DNA from: a bacterium
GTDB taxonomy: Bacteria; Vulcanimicrobiota; Xenobia; Xenobiales; JADMJV01
NCBI GenBank assembly: GCA_018780265.1
Contig: JADMJV010000096.1
Span: 22,856 to 86,855 of the forward strand
Length of the DNA stretch: 64,000 nt
Reading direction: 5' to 3'
Shown: positions 1 to 9,947 of the stretch, piece by piece
How positions within the stretch are numbered: position 1 is the stretch's first letter
Layout: each line of letters opens with the position of its first letter
Made by a program: the position numbers and the translations under genes
Notes under the pieces: generated by a model
What the model was told of the DNA's origin: nothing
The model's input: the letters and a program-made list of their open reading frames with translations, nothing else
Databases searched by the model: none

Positions 1-210
1 CGGTCCACAGTGGCGATGGGGGGGGCAACCTGCTCCTACGGAAATGGAAGTGGCTACATTCAGTGACATTGTTTTTGTTTCCTTTCGAATCGCTTGCGCG
101 CTTATTGAATTCAGAATAGCGCGTGGCGGTGGAATCGTCGACGCCCAATGCGTAACATATCTGTAACAGTCCATTTAGCCATACTCCTCGAAAATTAAGA
201 TCTGGTTAGG

Positions 211-1311
211 ATGGTTATTGGCAGGGTCTCCCACGGGGCGAGGGGAATTTTAGCCCGTGTGAGAAATCGGGGGCTAAGCAAGAATCAAGTGGCCCTTATG
301 ACCATGCAATGGTCGCTGATGATGTCTTCTGGGGTTGATATCGTCAGGGCCCTCGACACTCTGGAGCGCTCTACCCGGGACGAGAGGGAGGCAGGCCTCT
401 TTTCGCGAGTGCGCCAGCGCCTGATGGAAGGCAACTACCTGTCGCGCGCACTCAGCGAGTTCCCGACCTGTTTCTCCCCCCTCTACCTGGCCCTGATTCA
501 GGTGGGCGAGGTGACAGGAGGTCTGGCCCGAGTGATGGAGCGGTTGGCCGATTGGTTGCGACGTGACGGTGACCTGACCCGGCGAGTGCACGGGGCGCTG
601 CTCTATCCGTTCCTGGTCCTGGCCGTGGGCCTGCTGCTGATAGTGACCGTTTTCGCCACCGTGCTGCCTGGCCTGGCCCAAATGCTGGAAGAATCCGAAG
701 CCGTGCTGCCCTGGTACAGTCAACTCACCATGGCTCTGGTTGCGGCCATTCGTACGCCGATATTCTGGGTGGTTCTGAGTACCCTGATAATGGCCGTAGT
801 CGCCGTGCTACGCGAACGACTGTCTTGCGACGCCGGACGTCGCCAACTCTATGAACTGGGGATGCACATTCCGGTCTTTGGCGACTTGCTGGCTGGCAGC
901 GCCCTGGCTCGATTTTCCACTGCGGCGGCCTTTATGCTGGAGGTCGGGATCGATATTAGCCGGACTCTGCGACTGGCTGCCGCAACTAGCGGAAGCCCCA
1001 TTTTACAAGACGAAATAGATCAGGTTGTGCATGGTCTGCACGAAGGCGAATCCCTGGCCGAGCTCTTCTCACATCTCTCCCACGCCCCACCCATGCTGTG
1101 GCGGATGACTCAGGTGGGCGAGGAAGCCGCACGCATGCCTGCGGTATTCAAGAGTCTGGCCGGCCACTTCGAATCCGAGGTAGAGTTTCGCATCGAGGCC
1201 ATGCTGGCCCTGATGGAACCGCTCCTGATGATGCTGCTGGCCGGCATGGTTGGCTTCACCGCAGTTTCGGTCATGGTCCCGCTCTATGGCACCCTTTCCA
1301 ACCTTTGTTAG
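211..1311 (+). CDS. Type II secretion system F family / type IV pilus inner-membrane platform protein (PilC/GspF)
   Basis: Two GspF-type repeats (LIQVGEVTGGL...LLYP; MTQVGEEAARM...LMEP) separated by TM helices; start uncertain. Confidence 0.88.
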   Translation: MVIGRVSHGARGILARVRNRGLSKNQVALMTMQWSLMMSSGVDIVRALDTLERSTRDEREAGLFSRVRQRLMEGNYLSRALSEFPTCFSPLYLALIQVGEVTGGLARVMERLADWLRRDGDLTRRVHGALLYPFLVLAVGLLLIVTVFATVLPGLAQMLEESEAVLPWYSQLTMALVAAIRTPIFWVVLSTLIMAVVAVLRERLSCDAGRRQLYELGMHIPVFGDLLAGSALARFSTAAAFMLEVGIDISRTLRLAAATSGSPILQDEIDQVVHGLHEGESLAELFSHLSHAPPMLWRMTQVGEEAARMPAVFKSLAGHFESEVEFRIEAMLALMEPLLMMLLAGMVGFTAVSVMVPLYGTLSNLC

Positions 1312-2921
1312 TAGTCGGCCACGGGGAAGAAGCGGGTGCCGCTACCGCGGCGGATTCCGCCTCCGGCCAGGCCGTTGACGGTTTGAGCCTGGCCGGTTCC
1401 CTCCACCAACTCCCCGGTATCGCGGACTCGGTAGGAGTTGGGTACAGGCGGCAACCGCTCGGCGTCGTTGCCGCGGACTCGAAAAAGCGCATCAGGTTGG
1501 CCAGGTTGGGGGTATTTGAGAAGCAAATTCCCCTCGGCATCCACGTCGAGAGAGTTGGGCGAGCCGTCCAAAGGCGGCCGAACGGGATTCCACACTCCCC
1601 CCGAGTATTTAAGAATCTGACCATTATCAAGCTCGGGAAACCACATTCCAAACAGTTCGCCGCCGGGCGCTGAACGTAGAAAGCAGAAACTGTCGGCCAT
1701 ACCCGGCTCGGTGATCAACTGGCCGGTAGGTCCATAGTAGGTGCGCGGCGGAGGCGGCAACGAATGCCAACCGTCGGCTTCATTCCAGCGAAAAAGGCCG
1801 CTGTAGGGGGGTCTTCCTTCGGCCCAATCGCCATAGAGAGCAAACATATTGCCGTGCTGGTCCTGAGTCACCGAGCCCAGCAAGGGAGCCGGACCCTGGC
1901 CGCCGGCCAACTGCATCTGGGAGTCGTAGAGCAGCCCACGCGGAGGTGGGCCAATGGCCGACCAGGCGGGACTGGCCTCGGTCAAATTGATGCGGTAGAT
2001 CAGGTCGCCACCGAAGCGCAGATTGTTGAAGAAGAGTTGGCGACCATCGCAAGATGGCTGAGTGATCAAACCGAGCATGTTGCCCCCCCTCTCGACCTCT
2101 CCCTGCGCGTTGAGACGAAAGCCCGGAATCTCGGGAAGGGGATGGGTTACACCCTGTGAGTCCACGCGCACAATCGCCGGTCGGGGCCCGGGCAGGTCGA
2201 GGTTGATGTTGGCCAGGGCGTGGGCCAGGTCGTAAACTTGCCAGATGCCCGCATGCTCGGTGCTCTGGTCGAGAATGCGCACCATCAGCCCGTGGGTCAG
2301 TGGATTGTTAACCAGTTCGTCCCAAAGGGGGTGCAACACCATATACAAGTTGCCCTCGGGGTCGGCACAGCCACCTGCGATGCTGCGCGGAGGCGCATTG
2401 CGGCTGCGCAGCGCACCGCCCTGATAGTAATAGGCCACCGCTGCCGGGGTGGGCTGCCACAGTCCACCCCGCAGGGCGAAGGCCGTATCGATGGCATTGG
2501 CACCGTTGGAGTAACCGGGAACCTGAGCGTAGACTGTTCCGCTGACGTCCGGGCCCCGCCGCACGGTGGCGCTGGCCAACTGAAATTGTGTGCCCTGCTG
2601 ATCGGCCCGAGCGTGAATATGAAAAATATGGGAGTGGGTGGGGTCGACCTCGGCCCAGCAACGCAAGACAGACCCGTCCTCGCGGTCTTCCTCAGCTGAA
2701 GGGAGGTCGTAGTGGAGACCTTCCCAGCCGGCCTGGCGATTCATGCGATAAACGGCCCGAGCCACTGCCCCTCGCGCCTGGGCGGCCAGACGCAACTGCT
2801 CCGACTCCAGGGCGGTTAAACGCAAGTTGGTGATGGCCTCGGTGGCCATCACCGTGCACAGGCAGAATATCAGCCCGGTGAAGAACATGGCAAAGGGCAA
2901 AGCCAGACCGCGTTTCGACAT
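1308..2921 (-). CDS. Hypothetical protein with PilX/pseudopilin-like N-terminus and probable beta-propeller body
   Basis: N-terminus KRG|LALP...hydrophobic helix...ARGAVARA resembles PilX N-terminal region; repeated W-x-P-x-P-P-P blade-like motifs. Confidence 0.6.
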   Translation of the reverse strand: MSKRGLALPFAMFFTGLIFCLCTVMATEAITNLRLTALESEQLRLAAQARGAVARAVYRMNRQAGWEGLHYDLPSAEEDREDGSVLRCWAEVDPTHSHIFHIHARADQQGTQFQLASATVRRGPDVSGTVYAQVPGYSNGANAIDTAFALRGGLWQPTPAAVAYYYQGGALRSRNAPPRSIAGGCADPEGNLYMVLHPLWDELVNNPLTHGLMVRILDQSTEHAGIWQVYDLAHALANINLDLPGPRPAIVRVDSQGVTHPLPEIPGFRLNAQGEVERGGNMLGLITQPSCDGRQLFFNNLRFGGDLIYRINLTEASPAWSAIGPPPRGLLYDSQMQLAGGQGPAPLLGSVTQDQHGNMFALYGDWAEGRPPYSGLFRWNEADGWHSLPPPPRTYYGPTGQLITEPGMADSFCFLRSAPGGELFGMWFPELDNGQILKYSGGVWNPVRPPLDGSPNSLDVDAEGNLLLKYPQPGQPDALFRVRGNDAERLPPVPNSYRVRDTGELVEGTGQAQTVNGLAGGGIRRGSGTRFFPVADY

Positions 2922-2950
2922 GGTTTAGAGTATACCACCTTTTGGCCATG

Positions 2951-2980
2951 CAAGAAGCCCCGCCGAGGCGGGGCTTCTTG
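2951..2980. terminator. Rho-independent terminator-like hairpin
   Basis: CAAGAAGCCCCGCC-GA-GGCGGGGCTTCTTG perfect inverted repeat just after the stop of 2987..3361(-). Confidence 0.65.
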
Positions 2981-2986
2981 GCTTTT

Positions 2987-3361
2987 CTAGAGGTCTTCTT
3001 CCAGGCGAGCCAGGTTGGCCTCGCTGACCTGGAGCAGTTCGGTGAGCAAGTCGTGGCCATCCTGAGCGCAAACCAGAGCCAACTCCAGGCGGCCCTCGTC
3101 AAGCGACTCAGCATACTCGCGAAGTTCGCCCAGAGCCTGTGCGAAGAGGTCCAGGCCCTGCTGGGAAGCCTCCTGGAGCTGCAAGCCTTCGAGGTAGTTG
3201 GGAGGAGCCTGCAGGCTGTCGATGCCGACCGACCACTCTTCCAGGTATTGGTCCACAACATCGAGCCCGCTTAGAAAGCCAGCCCGGTCGCGCTGGCCCG
3301 CCTGAAAATCCTGAACCAGGCCGGTGATAACTTGCAATGGTCCGGTGACAACTTCAGTCAT
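2987..3361 (-). CDS. Hypothetical acidic helical-bundle protein
   Basis: ATG at 3361 preceded by GGAGGAGG SD; amphipathic helical pattern. Confidence 0.7.
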   Translation of the reverse strand: MTEVVTGPLQVITGLVQDFQAGQRDRAGFLSGLDVVDQYLEEWSVGIDSLQAPPNYLEGLQLQEASQQGLDLFAQALGELREYAESLDEGRLELALVCAQDGHDLLTELLQVSEANLARLEEDL

Positions 3362-3547
3362 GGTTCCTCCTCCTGCGGTGCTGGCCAAGGCCAGCTTCGA
3401 CCCAGACCAACCCTCCCGTAGAGAGAGCCTGAGCGTGGCTGTTGGGTCCGCGAGCAATGGCCACTGCCACCGCCTGATCGGATGGAGTCGCGCAGTGGCT
3501 CGCCAACTGCTGGATGCGTTCCTGAAGGGGGGTTTGGGGTAACAGCA

Positions 3548-4993
3548 TCAGGCCGGCCGACCAAACTGAGTGAAGTCGTAGTTGAGTTGACGTCCCCAAC
3601 CGGCCTTGCTGGAAGCGCTGCCCCAGTCGTCGGCAATGGCCGCAGCCTGGCCCCCCCGGGTAGCCAGCGCATTGGCGCTTGACCCGTCCGTGGCATTGGT
3701 CAGCGCAAACGAGTTGAGATAGGCGTGGGACACGGCGCGCGAGCCATTCTCGGCATTGGCGAACGCCTGAGAGTCGATGGGCAGGCCGTGGCGGTCATCG
3801 CCCACCGCCTCGGCGTAGGAACCGTTCTTGGCCGTTGCCTGGGTGATGGAATTGAAGTAGGCGGCCGTGTTGGCCGTGGAGAAACGGTCGGCGGCGGCGC
3901 TGGCCGTAGAACCGTCATCGGCCAACGAGTTGGCCCGAGACCCTCGGTTAGCCAGGGCCAGGCTATCGGAGTGACTGCGACCCTGGGCGCTGGCAGCCGA
4001 ACCCAGCGCACTATCGGCCAAAGCCTTGGAGCCGCCGGTGGCCCCGGCGTTTGAGCGCGACCAATCCTGCGCCCGGGCCCCAGCCTTCGAGCCCCAATCG
4101 GCCGTGGCAGTGGCATTGGAGCGGTGAGAGGCCTTGGCCTCAGCGCTGGAATTGTGATAGGCAGTGGCGTTGGCTGCCGAGCGATTGCTGGCCCCGGCTT
4201 TGGCCTGGCTACGCCCGAAAGCGGTGCTGTTGGCCCTGGAGCCGTTGACGGCCCCCGAGATAGCGCTGGAGTTGCCGTCGGACTTGGCGTTGGCGGTGGA
4301 GTAGTTGCGAGCATCGGCCTTGGCCAGGGAGAGGTTGCTGGCTTCGGCATTGGCTGTGCTGTGGTTGTCGGCGTTGGCGATGGCCTTGCTATCGAGGCGG
4401 GCAGTGGTCTTACGGTCATCGGCCAGAGCGTTGGCCTTGGAGTGATGGTTGGCGTTGGCTTCGGCAATGGAGGCAACGTAGGCGGTGGAATTGGCCTGCG
4501 AATGATTCTTGGCGGTAGAGGAAGCCGTCGAGGCATCATCCGCCTTGGCCCTGGCCGAGGAACCGTTTTGGGCGGAACTGTTGGCGTCCGAGAAGTTGGA
4601 TGCCAGAGCCCTGGCATAGGAACCGTTGGAGGCGTTGGCGCTCGAAGTGGAGCCGTTGGCAGCGTTGGCGATGGCGTTTGAGCCATTATTGCCGGTTGCG
4701 ATGGCCTGGCTGCCGCCGGTTGCGGTAGCCTTCGCGTTGGAGCCGTTTTGAGCGACAGCCACGGCCAGATTCGAATTGTTCATGATGTTGTTCAGGTTGC
4801 CGCTCAGGCTGCGATTGAAGTCAGCCTGACGACTGCTGTCCATCGAGAAGGTGAGAGCGGTGGCGTCTCCTTGGGCCCGGGCCGTGCTGACCGAACCGTT
4901 GGCTCCTGAGGCGGCACCGGCCTGGGCCGAACCCCCTTTGTTGGCCTGGGCGAAACTGAACGATGGGTTGTTGTTTACGGCGAGGTTACTCAT
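3548..4993 (-). CDS. Ala/Ser/Asn-rich decapeptide-repeat protein (probable beta-solenoid)
   Basis: ~37 tandem xAxAxAxxxS repeats; AAAGGGA SD upstream. Confidence 0.85.
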   Translation of the reverse strand: MSNLAVNNNPSFSFAQANKGGSAQAGAASGANGSVSTARAQGDATALTFSMDSSRQADFNRSLSGNLNNIMNNSNLAVAVAQNGSNAKATATGGSQAIATGNNGSNAIANAANGSTSSANASNGSYARALASNFSDANSSAQNGSSARAKADDASTASSTAKNHSQANSTAYVASIAEANANHHSKANALADDRKTTARLDSKAIANADNHSTANAEASNLSLAKADARNYSTANAKSDGNSSAISGAVNGSRANSTAFGRSQAKAGASNRSAANATAYHNSSAEAKASHRSNATATADWGSKAGARAQDWSRSNAGATGGSKALADSALGSAASAQGRSHSDSLALANRGSRANSLADDGSTASAAADRFSTANTAAYFNSITQATAKNGSYAEAVGDDRHGLPIDSQAFANAENGSRAVSHAYLNSFALTNATDGSSANALATRGGQAAAIADDWGSASSKAGWGRQLNYDFTQFGRPA

Positions 4994-5178
4994 TGGTCTG
5001 TGTCCCTTTCTGCTGGTGAACTTGAGACCAGACTACCCCCCCGAGGTCAACCGCTTCTTAACCACCCCCTGGAGAGATTGCGGGACTGTAACATTGTTTA
5101 GATGTGGGGTCTACGGGGCTGGAGGCCGAGACGCCACTCCCTGGCTATGCGTCTGAAGGCATGGTAAGGTTCTCCCCT

Positions 5179-6045
5179 ATGATCCGAATTGGACACACCC
5201 CGGATGCCGACGACGCCTTTATGTTCTATGGAATCAACAGCCATCGGGTAGAATTGAGTGGCCTGGAGATTGTCCACGAGTTGCAACCGATGCAGCAACT
5301 GAACCGCTGGTCGTTACGGGGTGAACTGGAGATGACGGCCTTTTCGTTTGCCACCTATGCCCAGGCCAGTTGCCATTATCGGCCGCTGCGCTGCGGCTGG
5401 AGTCTGGGACATGGCACGGGGCCCCAGATTTTGGCGCTGCCGGGCACTTCGCGACAGGCCCTGCGCGAGGGACTGATGGCCAGCCCAGGAGATTTGACAA
5501 GCGCCCATTGGTTAAGCCGGCTTTGGAACCCCCGCCAACAGTTTGTGAGTGTGCCCTTTGACCAGACCCTGGAAGCAATTGTGTCAGGCCGTACTTTGGG
5601 GGCGGTGGTGATTCACGAGGGCATGATGCGCGCGGTCGAGCATGGACTGGTGTTGGTGGAAGACCTGGGGCTATGGTGGGCGCAGGAGACCGGCGGACTG
5701 CCGGTTCCGCTAGGGCTGAATGGGGTCAGGCGGAATTTAGGCGCAGAGCTGCAACAACGGTTAGGCCAGGCCTTGCATGACAGCATCCGGTTGGCTTTGC
5801 ACGAAGTGGAGCCGGCCCTGGATCAGGCCCTGCCCCTGGCGCGCGGACTGGATAGGGAGCGCTGTCGGGAATTTGTATTGCGCTATGTGAATTCCTCGAC
5901 GCTAGATCCCGGGGCCCAGGGGGAACGCGCTGTGGCCGAGTTTTATGGTCGGGCCGCGGCGGCCGGTTGGGTGGAGGCCCCTCCCCTACTGGATTGGATT
6001 GTGCCTGGTAAAATCGAATCGTTCAACCGTTTTCGTGAATCATAG
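5179..6045 (+). CDS. mqnD: 1,4-dihydroxy-6-naphthoate synthase, MqnA/MqnD family (futalosine menaquinone pathway)
   Basis: IGHTPDADDAFMFYG, GxGPQI, VIHEG, DLGxWW...LPVPLG, YVN motifs. Confidence 0.85.
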   Translation: MIRIGHTPDADDAFMFYGINSHRVELSGLEIVHELQPMQQLNRWSLRGELEMTAFSFATYAQASCHYRPLRCGWSLGHGTGPQILALPGTSRQALREGLMASPGDLTSAHWLSRLWNPRQQFVSVPFDQTLEAIVSGRTLGAVVIHEGMMRAVEHGLVLVEDLGLWWAQETGGLPVPLGLNGVRRNLGAELQQRLGQALHDSIRLALHEVEPALDQALPLARGLDRERCREFVLRYVNSSTLDPGAQGERAVAEFYGRAAAAGWVEAPPLLDWIVPGKIESFNRFRES

Positions 6046-6261
6046 TAACGAACTGGCAGCTGAGAACTGTCAGTACCCGGGGGAACAAAAGGGAGAGGTG
6101 GAGAGGACGGGGAGAAGGAGAGACCCTGGTCCAATTTGAAACCCCGAAGCCTTACATTGGGACGATTAGGGTGCCGGCAAGTTAGCAAGACCCTCTCCAC
6201 CTTTTCGACCTTCCCCCCTCTCCCTTAAGAAGGCCTGCCAGTGGCTATTTCAGGACGGGCC

Positions 6262-6747
6262 CTAATGACGGGCCCAAACGGAGTACTCCACCACTTTGCC
6301 CCCCACGGTACGTACGCCCAGGCCTCTGGATTTGTAAGCGTAGTAGGTGATGGGCGGCTGGCCTTTGGCCACGGGGATGGCCTTGGACTCGTAAGCACGC
6401 CCATAGGCGCCCTCGACCTGGGGAAGGCCAGCGCCCATTTTAAGATTTCCATCCAGCAGAATATCGACCGGGCCTGACTTGGCATTAAAATTCAACTGAT
6501 GAATCACGATCTGAAGGACCTTCTGATTTTGGACCTCTAACTCGACGCCCTCTTTGAAGCGCAGATAGGCCCCGCCGCCCTGCATGCCGATGGAGTCGGT
6601 GGGGGTGAGCACCTTCAAGATGGCCGGGCAGGGCTGATTGAGCAGAATGGGGCCCACTCCGGTGCCGGGGGTGACCTTCCAGGTCTCGGCCCCGGCCGCC
6701 AGGCTCAATCCGGTGACCAGCGCGGTTACAACGTGATATAACTTCAT
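6262..6747 (-). CDS. Hypothetical secreted protein
   Basis: GAAGGAG SD; signal peptide MKLYHVVTALVTGLSLAAGA; VTPGTGVGPI motif. Confidence 0.7.
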   Translation of the reverse strand: MKLYHVVTALVTGLSLAAGAETWKVTPGTGVGPILLNQPCPAILKVLTPTDSIGMQGGGAYLRFKEGVELEVQNQKVLQIVIHQLNFNAKSGPVDILLDGNLKMGAGLPQVEGAYGRAYESKAIPVAKGQPPITYYAYKSRGLGVRTVGGKVVEYSVWARH

Positions 6748-6748
6748 C

Positions 6749-7699
6749 CTAGCTCCTTCCATGCGGGCCTGTAGCACCCTTTCGGTGGTAGCCCAAGACC
6801 ATACCGCCCAGGGTGCCGCAGACAGTCCACAGAGCCACAAAGTAGTGTTGCAGGGAGAGGGCCGTCTGATAGTGAACGGCATCCCGGTAGTAGGTCCACT
6901 GCAAGAGGGTGGGGTCAGCTTTGCGCAGCCCCCAATTGACCAGCAAAGCTGTGGGTAAGGCCAACAACCAGGTGCGTCGACCCAAGGCGCCCAGGGTCAC
7001 CCCCACCAGGGAGGCCAGTCCCCCCCACAACCAGGCCCGCCTTAAAGCCGGCACGGCACCCAAAGCGCCGGCCCAGGGCGGGCCCAACACAACGGCTTCC
7101 ACCTCGATCTGGGTGGACTTTACGTAGCTGCTCAAGCGCCGCTGGTTGTTGGTGAAACTCTCCGGGTGGAGTAGGTGAAGCTCAGGGGCCAGGTCGATCT
7201 TTACCAGACTGTCTCCCACCTGATTCCAGGCCCGGTGAACGGGCATAACCAGGTGAACGGAATGGCGGGTGGCCGAGAGAAAATCCAGGCGCTGTTGGGC
7301 CTTGAACTTGAGGTGTCCGCGTTCGCCGGCCAGCAGCACCAGGCGAAAAATGGAGACCCGCGTCATCGCGCCGGTCTTGGAGCCCGGCAGGGGCATGACC
7401 AGGCGTTCCTGAGGGACCTCTTTGCCATTGAACAGGAGCCGACTGCCCGAATCACCGCAGACCATCAACAACTGTTCGTCGAGGGCCACATTGCCGTCAT
7501 TCTTGAGGTCGGCCTCGCATTGCATGACTACAAACCCGGGCTGGATGCGCTCGCGATAGTCGAGGTGGATGCGCAGGCCGTTGACAGAAAGGCGCGAGGG
7601 CGGTCGCAGAGGATGCAACAGCCAGGGGCCCGCCGTTTCTTCGGCCTGCACCGAGCTCACCAGCAGGATGACCCAGATCGCAAATTTCTTGAATCCCAT
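6749..7699 (-). CDS. Hypothetical exported membrane-anchored protein
   Basis: N-terminal signal peptide, C-terminal TM helices. Confidence 0.65.
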   Translation of the reverse strand: MGFKKFAIWVILLVSSVQAEETAGPWLLHPLRPPSRLSVNGLRIHLDYRERIQPGFVVMQCEADLKNDGNVALDEQLLMVCGDSGSRLLFNGKEVPQERLVMPLPGSKTGAMTRVSIFRLVLLAGERGHLKFKAQQRLDFLSATRHSVHLVMPVHRAWNQVGDSLVKIDLAPELHLLHPESFTNNQRRLSSYVKSTQIEVEAVVLGPPWAGALGAVPALRRAWLWGGLASLVGVTLGALGRRTWLLALPTALLVNWGLRKADPTLLQWTYYRDAVHYQTALSLQHYFVALWTVCGTLGGMVLGYHRKGATGPHGRS

Positions 7700-7844
7700 T
7701 CCAGATCAGTGCTGTTCGCCCACCAGCAGACAGGGCCTGCCAGAGGCGGAAGACCAGGGTGGCCCCTCCGCGCATTCGCGATAGCCCGGTGGCCTTGGAA
7801 TGCGAACTGCTGGAGGCCGTTAGACCCTGCCAGGTGCCACCTGG

Positions 7845-8555
7845 CTACGCCCGAGACGAATCTGGTGGGGCGTATGCACGGGGCCTGTTGGCAGGAGCGC
7901 TGATTTCGGTCCATTCAGGGAAGGAGTGAGGGGGTTGAGGATGGTTTCCCGGGCGACGCACGATCACCGCCTGCCAGCCGGCCTCATGGGCGGCGCTGGC
8001 TTCGCCCACGATGTCTGTGGCAAAAAGTCCCTGGCCGGGTTGTAAGCTCAATCGTTGGGCGATCAAGCGATAGCTGTCGGGATCGGTCTTGGCCCCCACG
8101 GCGGTGTCGAAATAGCCGTCGATCAGGGGCCGCAGATCGCCGGCCTGGGAGTGGCCAAAAAGCAGTTGTTGGGCCAGTACGCTTCCAGACGAGTAGATGT
8201 TAACCGAGCAGCCGGAGTCTTTCCAATCCTTGAGGCGATCGGCCACCTCGTCAAATAGCTGGCCATAAAGCTGGCCGGTCCGGTAGCCGTCCTTCCAGAT
8301 GCGGCCCTGCAGCGACTTGAGCGAGCCCAGTTTGCGATCTTCGTCCATCAAAGCCAGGGCCACCCGGGTCGCCTCGGCGGGGGTGGTAATCAGCCAGTCC
8401 GTCAGTCCGGCCACCTCGCCGCGCACCTCGGTATCGTGCCAGTGGGCGGCCAGAAAGTCGGCCATACGGGCCCGGGCATACGGAAAGAGCACCTCGTAGA
8501 CGAATGAAATCGGGGTGGTGGTGCCCTCGATGTCCAGCAACAGAGCCCTGGTCAT
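7845..8555 (-). CDS. mtnC: Acireductone synthase / enolase-phosphatase E1 (HAD family)
   Basis: LLDIEGTTTPISFV, LKSLQGRIW, IYSSGSVLAQ motifs; coupled to mtnB. Confidence 0.95.
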   Translation of the reverse strand: MTRALLLDIEGTTTPISFVYEVLFPYARARMADFLAAHWHDTEVRGEVAGLTDWLITTPAEATRVALALMDEDRKLGSLKSLQGRIWKDGYRTGQLYGQLFDEVADRLKDWKDSGCSVNIYSSGSVLAQQLLFGHSQAGDLRPLIDGYFDTAVGAKTDPDSYRLIAQRLSLQPGQGLFATDIVGEASAAHEAGWQAVIVRRPGNHPQPPHSFPEWTEISAPANRPRAYAPPDSSRA

Positions 8556-9166
8556 CTGAGGCGCACCACATAGTCAAGTAAGAATTCGAAAATCTCGATA
8601 TGGCGTCGGGCCACATCAGGGTGGTCCCCCCAGGCGTAGATGCCGTGCTGATGGACAAGCACGGCGGGCACCTCGGGCCGGAGCACATCGGCCACCGACT
8701 GAGACAGTTCCGTCATGCATTGATGATTGGAGGCGATAGGCAGAAAAATTTGATCGTGCAGAGCCTTTCCGGCAATTCCCTTGATCATCTCGATGCCCTC
8801 GAAGAGCACGTAACCCTGCTGACGCCAGAGGTGGGAAGCCAGATTATTGGGCACGGAATGAACGTGATAGACTGCCCGCGCCGAGGTTAGTCGATAAATC
8901 TGTTGATGAACGGCCAACTCTTCAGAGGCCTTACCCTCATGGCCAGCCACGGTCACTCCTTGTTCGTCAACCAGCAAAAAGTCGTCGGGCCTGAGCCTGG
9001 ATTTGTCGCGCCCAGAAGGGGTCACCAAAATGCGACCAGGGGCTACCTTGACCGACAGGTTCCCGCAAGTGCCCAACAGCCAGCCGCGTTGGTGAAAAAA
9101 CTGAGACGCTTCCAGCATGGACTTGGCGGCCTGCTGAACTTCAGTGTCGTCCGGGAAACTCCTCAA
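8552..9166 (-). CDS. mtnB: Methylthioribulose-1-phosphate dehydratase
   Basis: Class II aldolase motifs GTCGNLS, TPSGRDK, HVHS, HGIYAWG; next to mtnC. Confidence 0.92.
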   Translation of the reverse strand: MRSFPDDTEVQQAAKSMLEASQFFHQRGWLLGTCGNLSVKVAPGRILVTPSGRDKSRLRPDDFLLVDEQGVTVAGHEGKASEELAVHQQIYRLTSARAVYHVHSVPNNLASHLWRQQGYVLFEGIEMIKGIAGKALHDQIFLPIASNHQCMTELSQSVADVLRPEVPAVLVHQHGIYAWGDHPDVARRHIEIFEFLLDYVVRLR

Positions 9167-9403
9167 AATCTTCGGCTCCTTTCGAGTAGGACCGGTTGAG
9201 GAGTTTGCCGGCGGTCCACCTCTCGTTTTTCTGCGCGGCCTAACAACTACAGGGTTGCACGTGTCGGCTGAAATCGCAATTGGAGTGGCTCACGGAAGCT
9301 GAGGGTAGCACAGGAAATTCGCCTTAGTCAATGCGATCCGGTGGGCCCAGGAGTTTCTTCCAGAAACCCAGAAGCGGCCTTACTCAGGGCTGTGGAGGTA
9401 ATT

Positions 9404-9946
9404 TTGTCAAAACGATTCTCACTGTCTGCCATCGGCCACGACCGGCCCGGCATCGTCTCTGCGGTCACGGAAATCCTTTTTCGCTTTGGCTGCAATATCG
9501 AAGATTCGGCCATGACCATCCTGTGGGGTCAGTTTGCCATGATTTTGGTGGTGACTCCCCCTGATCATCTCACGCTCGAACAGTTGAGAGGTGAGTTTGA
9601 AAGCATCAGTCAACAACTGCAGCTGCAAGTAAACCTGAGCCAACTCGACGAGGCCCAAAAGCCCACTCCGGGCGAGCCTACCCAGGCCTTTCTGGTATCG
9701 GTGTACGGCGCTGACCACCCGGGCATCGTATCGCGCACCACCGCTTTTCTGGCCGAACGCAAGCTCAATATCACCGACCTCAGCACCAGGGTTATCCAGG
9801 CCAAGGGCCCGGTCTACATTATGTTGCTGGAAGTGGAGGGCCCCAAAAGCCTGACCGAGCAACATCTGAAAGAAGACCTCTTCACTTTGAGCCAGGAACT
9901 CAAGGTAGATATCAGCTTGCGCCGACTGGAAATGGAGATGATTTGA
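9404..9946 (+). CDS. Tandem ACT-domain protein (GcvR-like)
   Basis: Two ACT motifs GHDRPGIV and GADHPGIV; GGAGG SD before TTG 9404. Confidence 0.85.
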   Translation: MSKRFSLSAIGHDRPGIVSAVTEILFRFGCNIEDSAMTILWGQFAMILVVTPPDHLTLEQLRGEFESISQQLQLQVNLSQLDEAQKPTPGEPTQAFLVSVYGADHPGIVSRTTAFLAERKLNITDLSTRVIQAKGPVYIMLLEVEGPKSLTEQHLKEDLFTLSQELKVDISLRRLEMEMI

Positions 9947-9947
9947 G

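Noticed and set aside
3700-4686. Alternative-frame Pro/Thr-rich ORF over the repeat gene
   Set aside because: Frame-shifted shadow of the GCC/AAC-rich decapeptide repeats.
3548-4993. CRISPR array or DNA tandem repeat
   Set aside because: The 30-nt periodicity is at the protein level with degenerate DNA; no identical repeats with unique spacers and no cas genes.
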